A stretch of DNA of 63,964 bases, the filler included, from Choristocarpus tenellus KU-1152 (Eukaryota > Protista > Phaeophyceae), in NCBI GenBank assembly GCA_964200185.2. It is 14 parts of 14 records of this genome, joined end to end, with 100 filler letters (N's around TTAATTAATTAA, not from the genome) between each part and the next. Parts side by side here need not be neighbours in the genome. Positions count along the whole stretch, not along the records: positions 61,261 to 63,964 come from CAXNAD020025474.1; 13 more parts are not named here. One strand, 5' to 3'. The translations under genes and the position numbers were made by a program. Positions 63,898 through 63,964 of this stretch are shown in pieces. The notes below the pieces were generated by a model. The model had not been told where the DNA came from, did not search any database, and worked only from the letters and a program-made list of their open reading frames with translations. Every line of letters starts with the position of its first letter. Within the stretch, counting starts at the first letter, position 1.

Positions 63898-63964
63898 GTG
63901 AGTGACTGTATATTAACTCCCCTGCCCCCTCGCTTCCGCATACCAACTCCACAGATCATTCCAC

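Overview
Eukaryotic, intron-rich genomic DNA. The gene and transposon types suggest a brown alga or close stramenopile relative (inference). The window is not one locus: 14 short contigs are joined by an artificial 100-bp linker (N44-TTAATTAATTAA-N44), so adjacency across linkers means nothing. Hand-spliced genes: a complete BUD32/PRPK kinase with a GC-AG intron, and partial genes for an MFSD6-like transporter, BCKDH E2 (DBT), MsrA, a head-to-head pair of cation/K+ channels, a CBM20-domain protein, nucleoredoxin and a glutamate-receptor-like channel. Much of the rest is transposon debris: a decayed Ty1/Copia, an LTR with a tRNA-Gln-type primer site, clustered CRE-like non-LTR fragments ending in a recurrent hairpin, and three MITE families sharing one terminal motif. 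The most unusual signals are (i) many short interstitial (TTAGGG)n tracts, including a filled/empty paired site and a segment with telomeric repeats at both ends, (ii) the MITE clan with 3-4-bp non-TWA target duplications, (iii) CpG-rich 5' ends against CpG-depleted gene bodies, and (iv) two divergent channel genes that both carry N-terminal dileucine motifs. No CRISPR array, rRNA or tRNA gene was seen. I found no clear-cut new multi-gene system.
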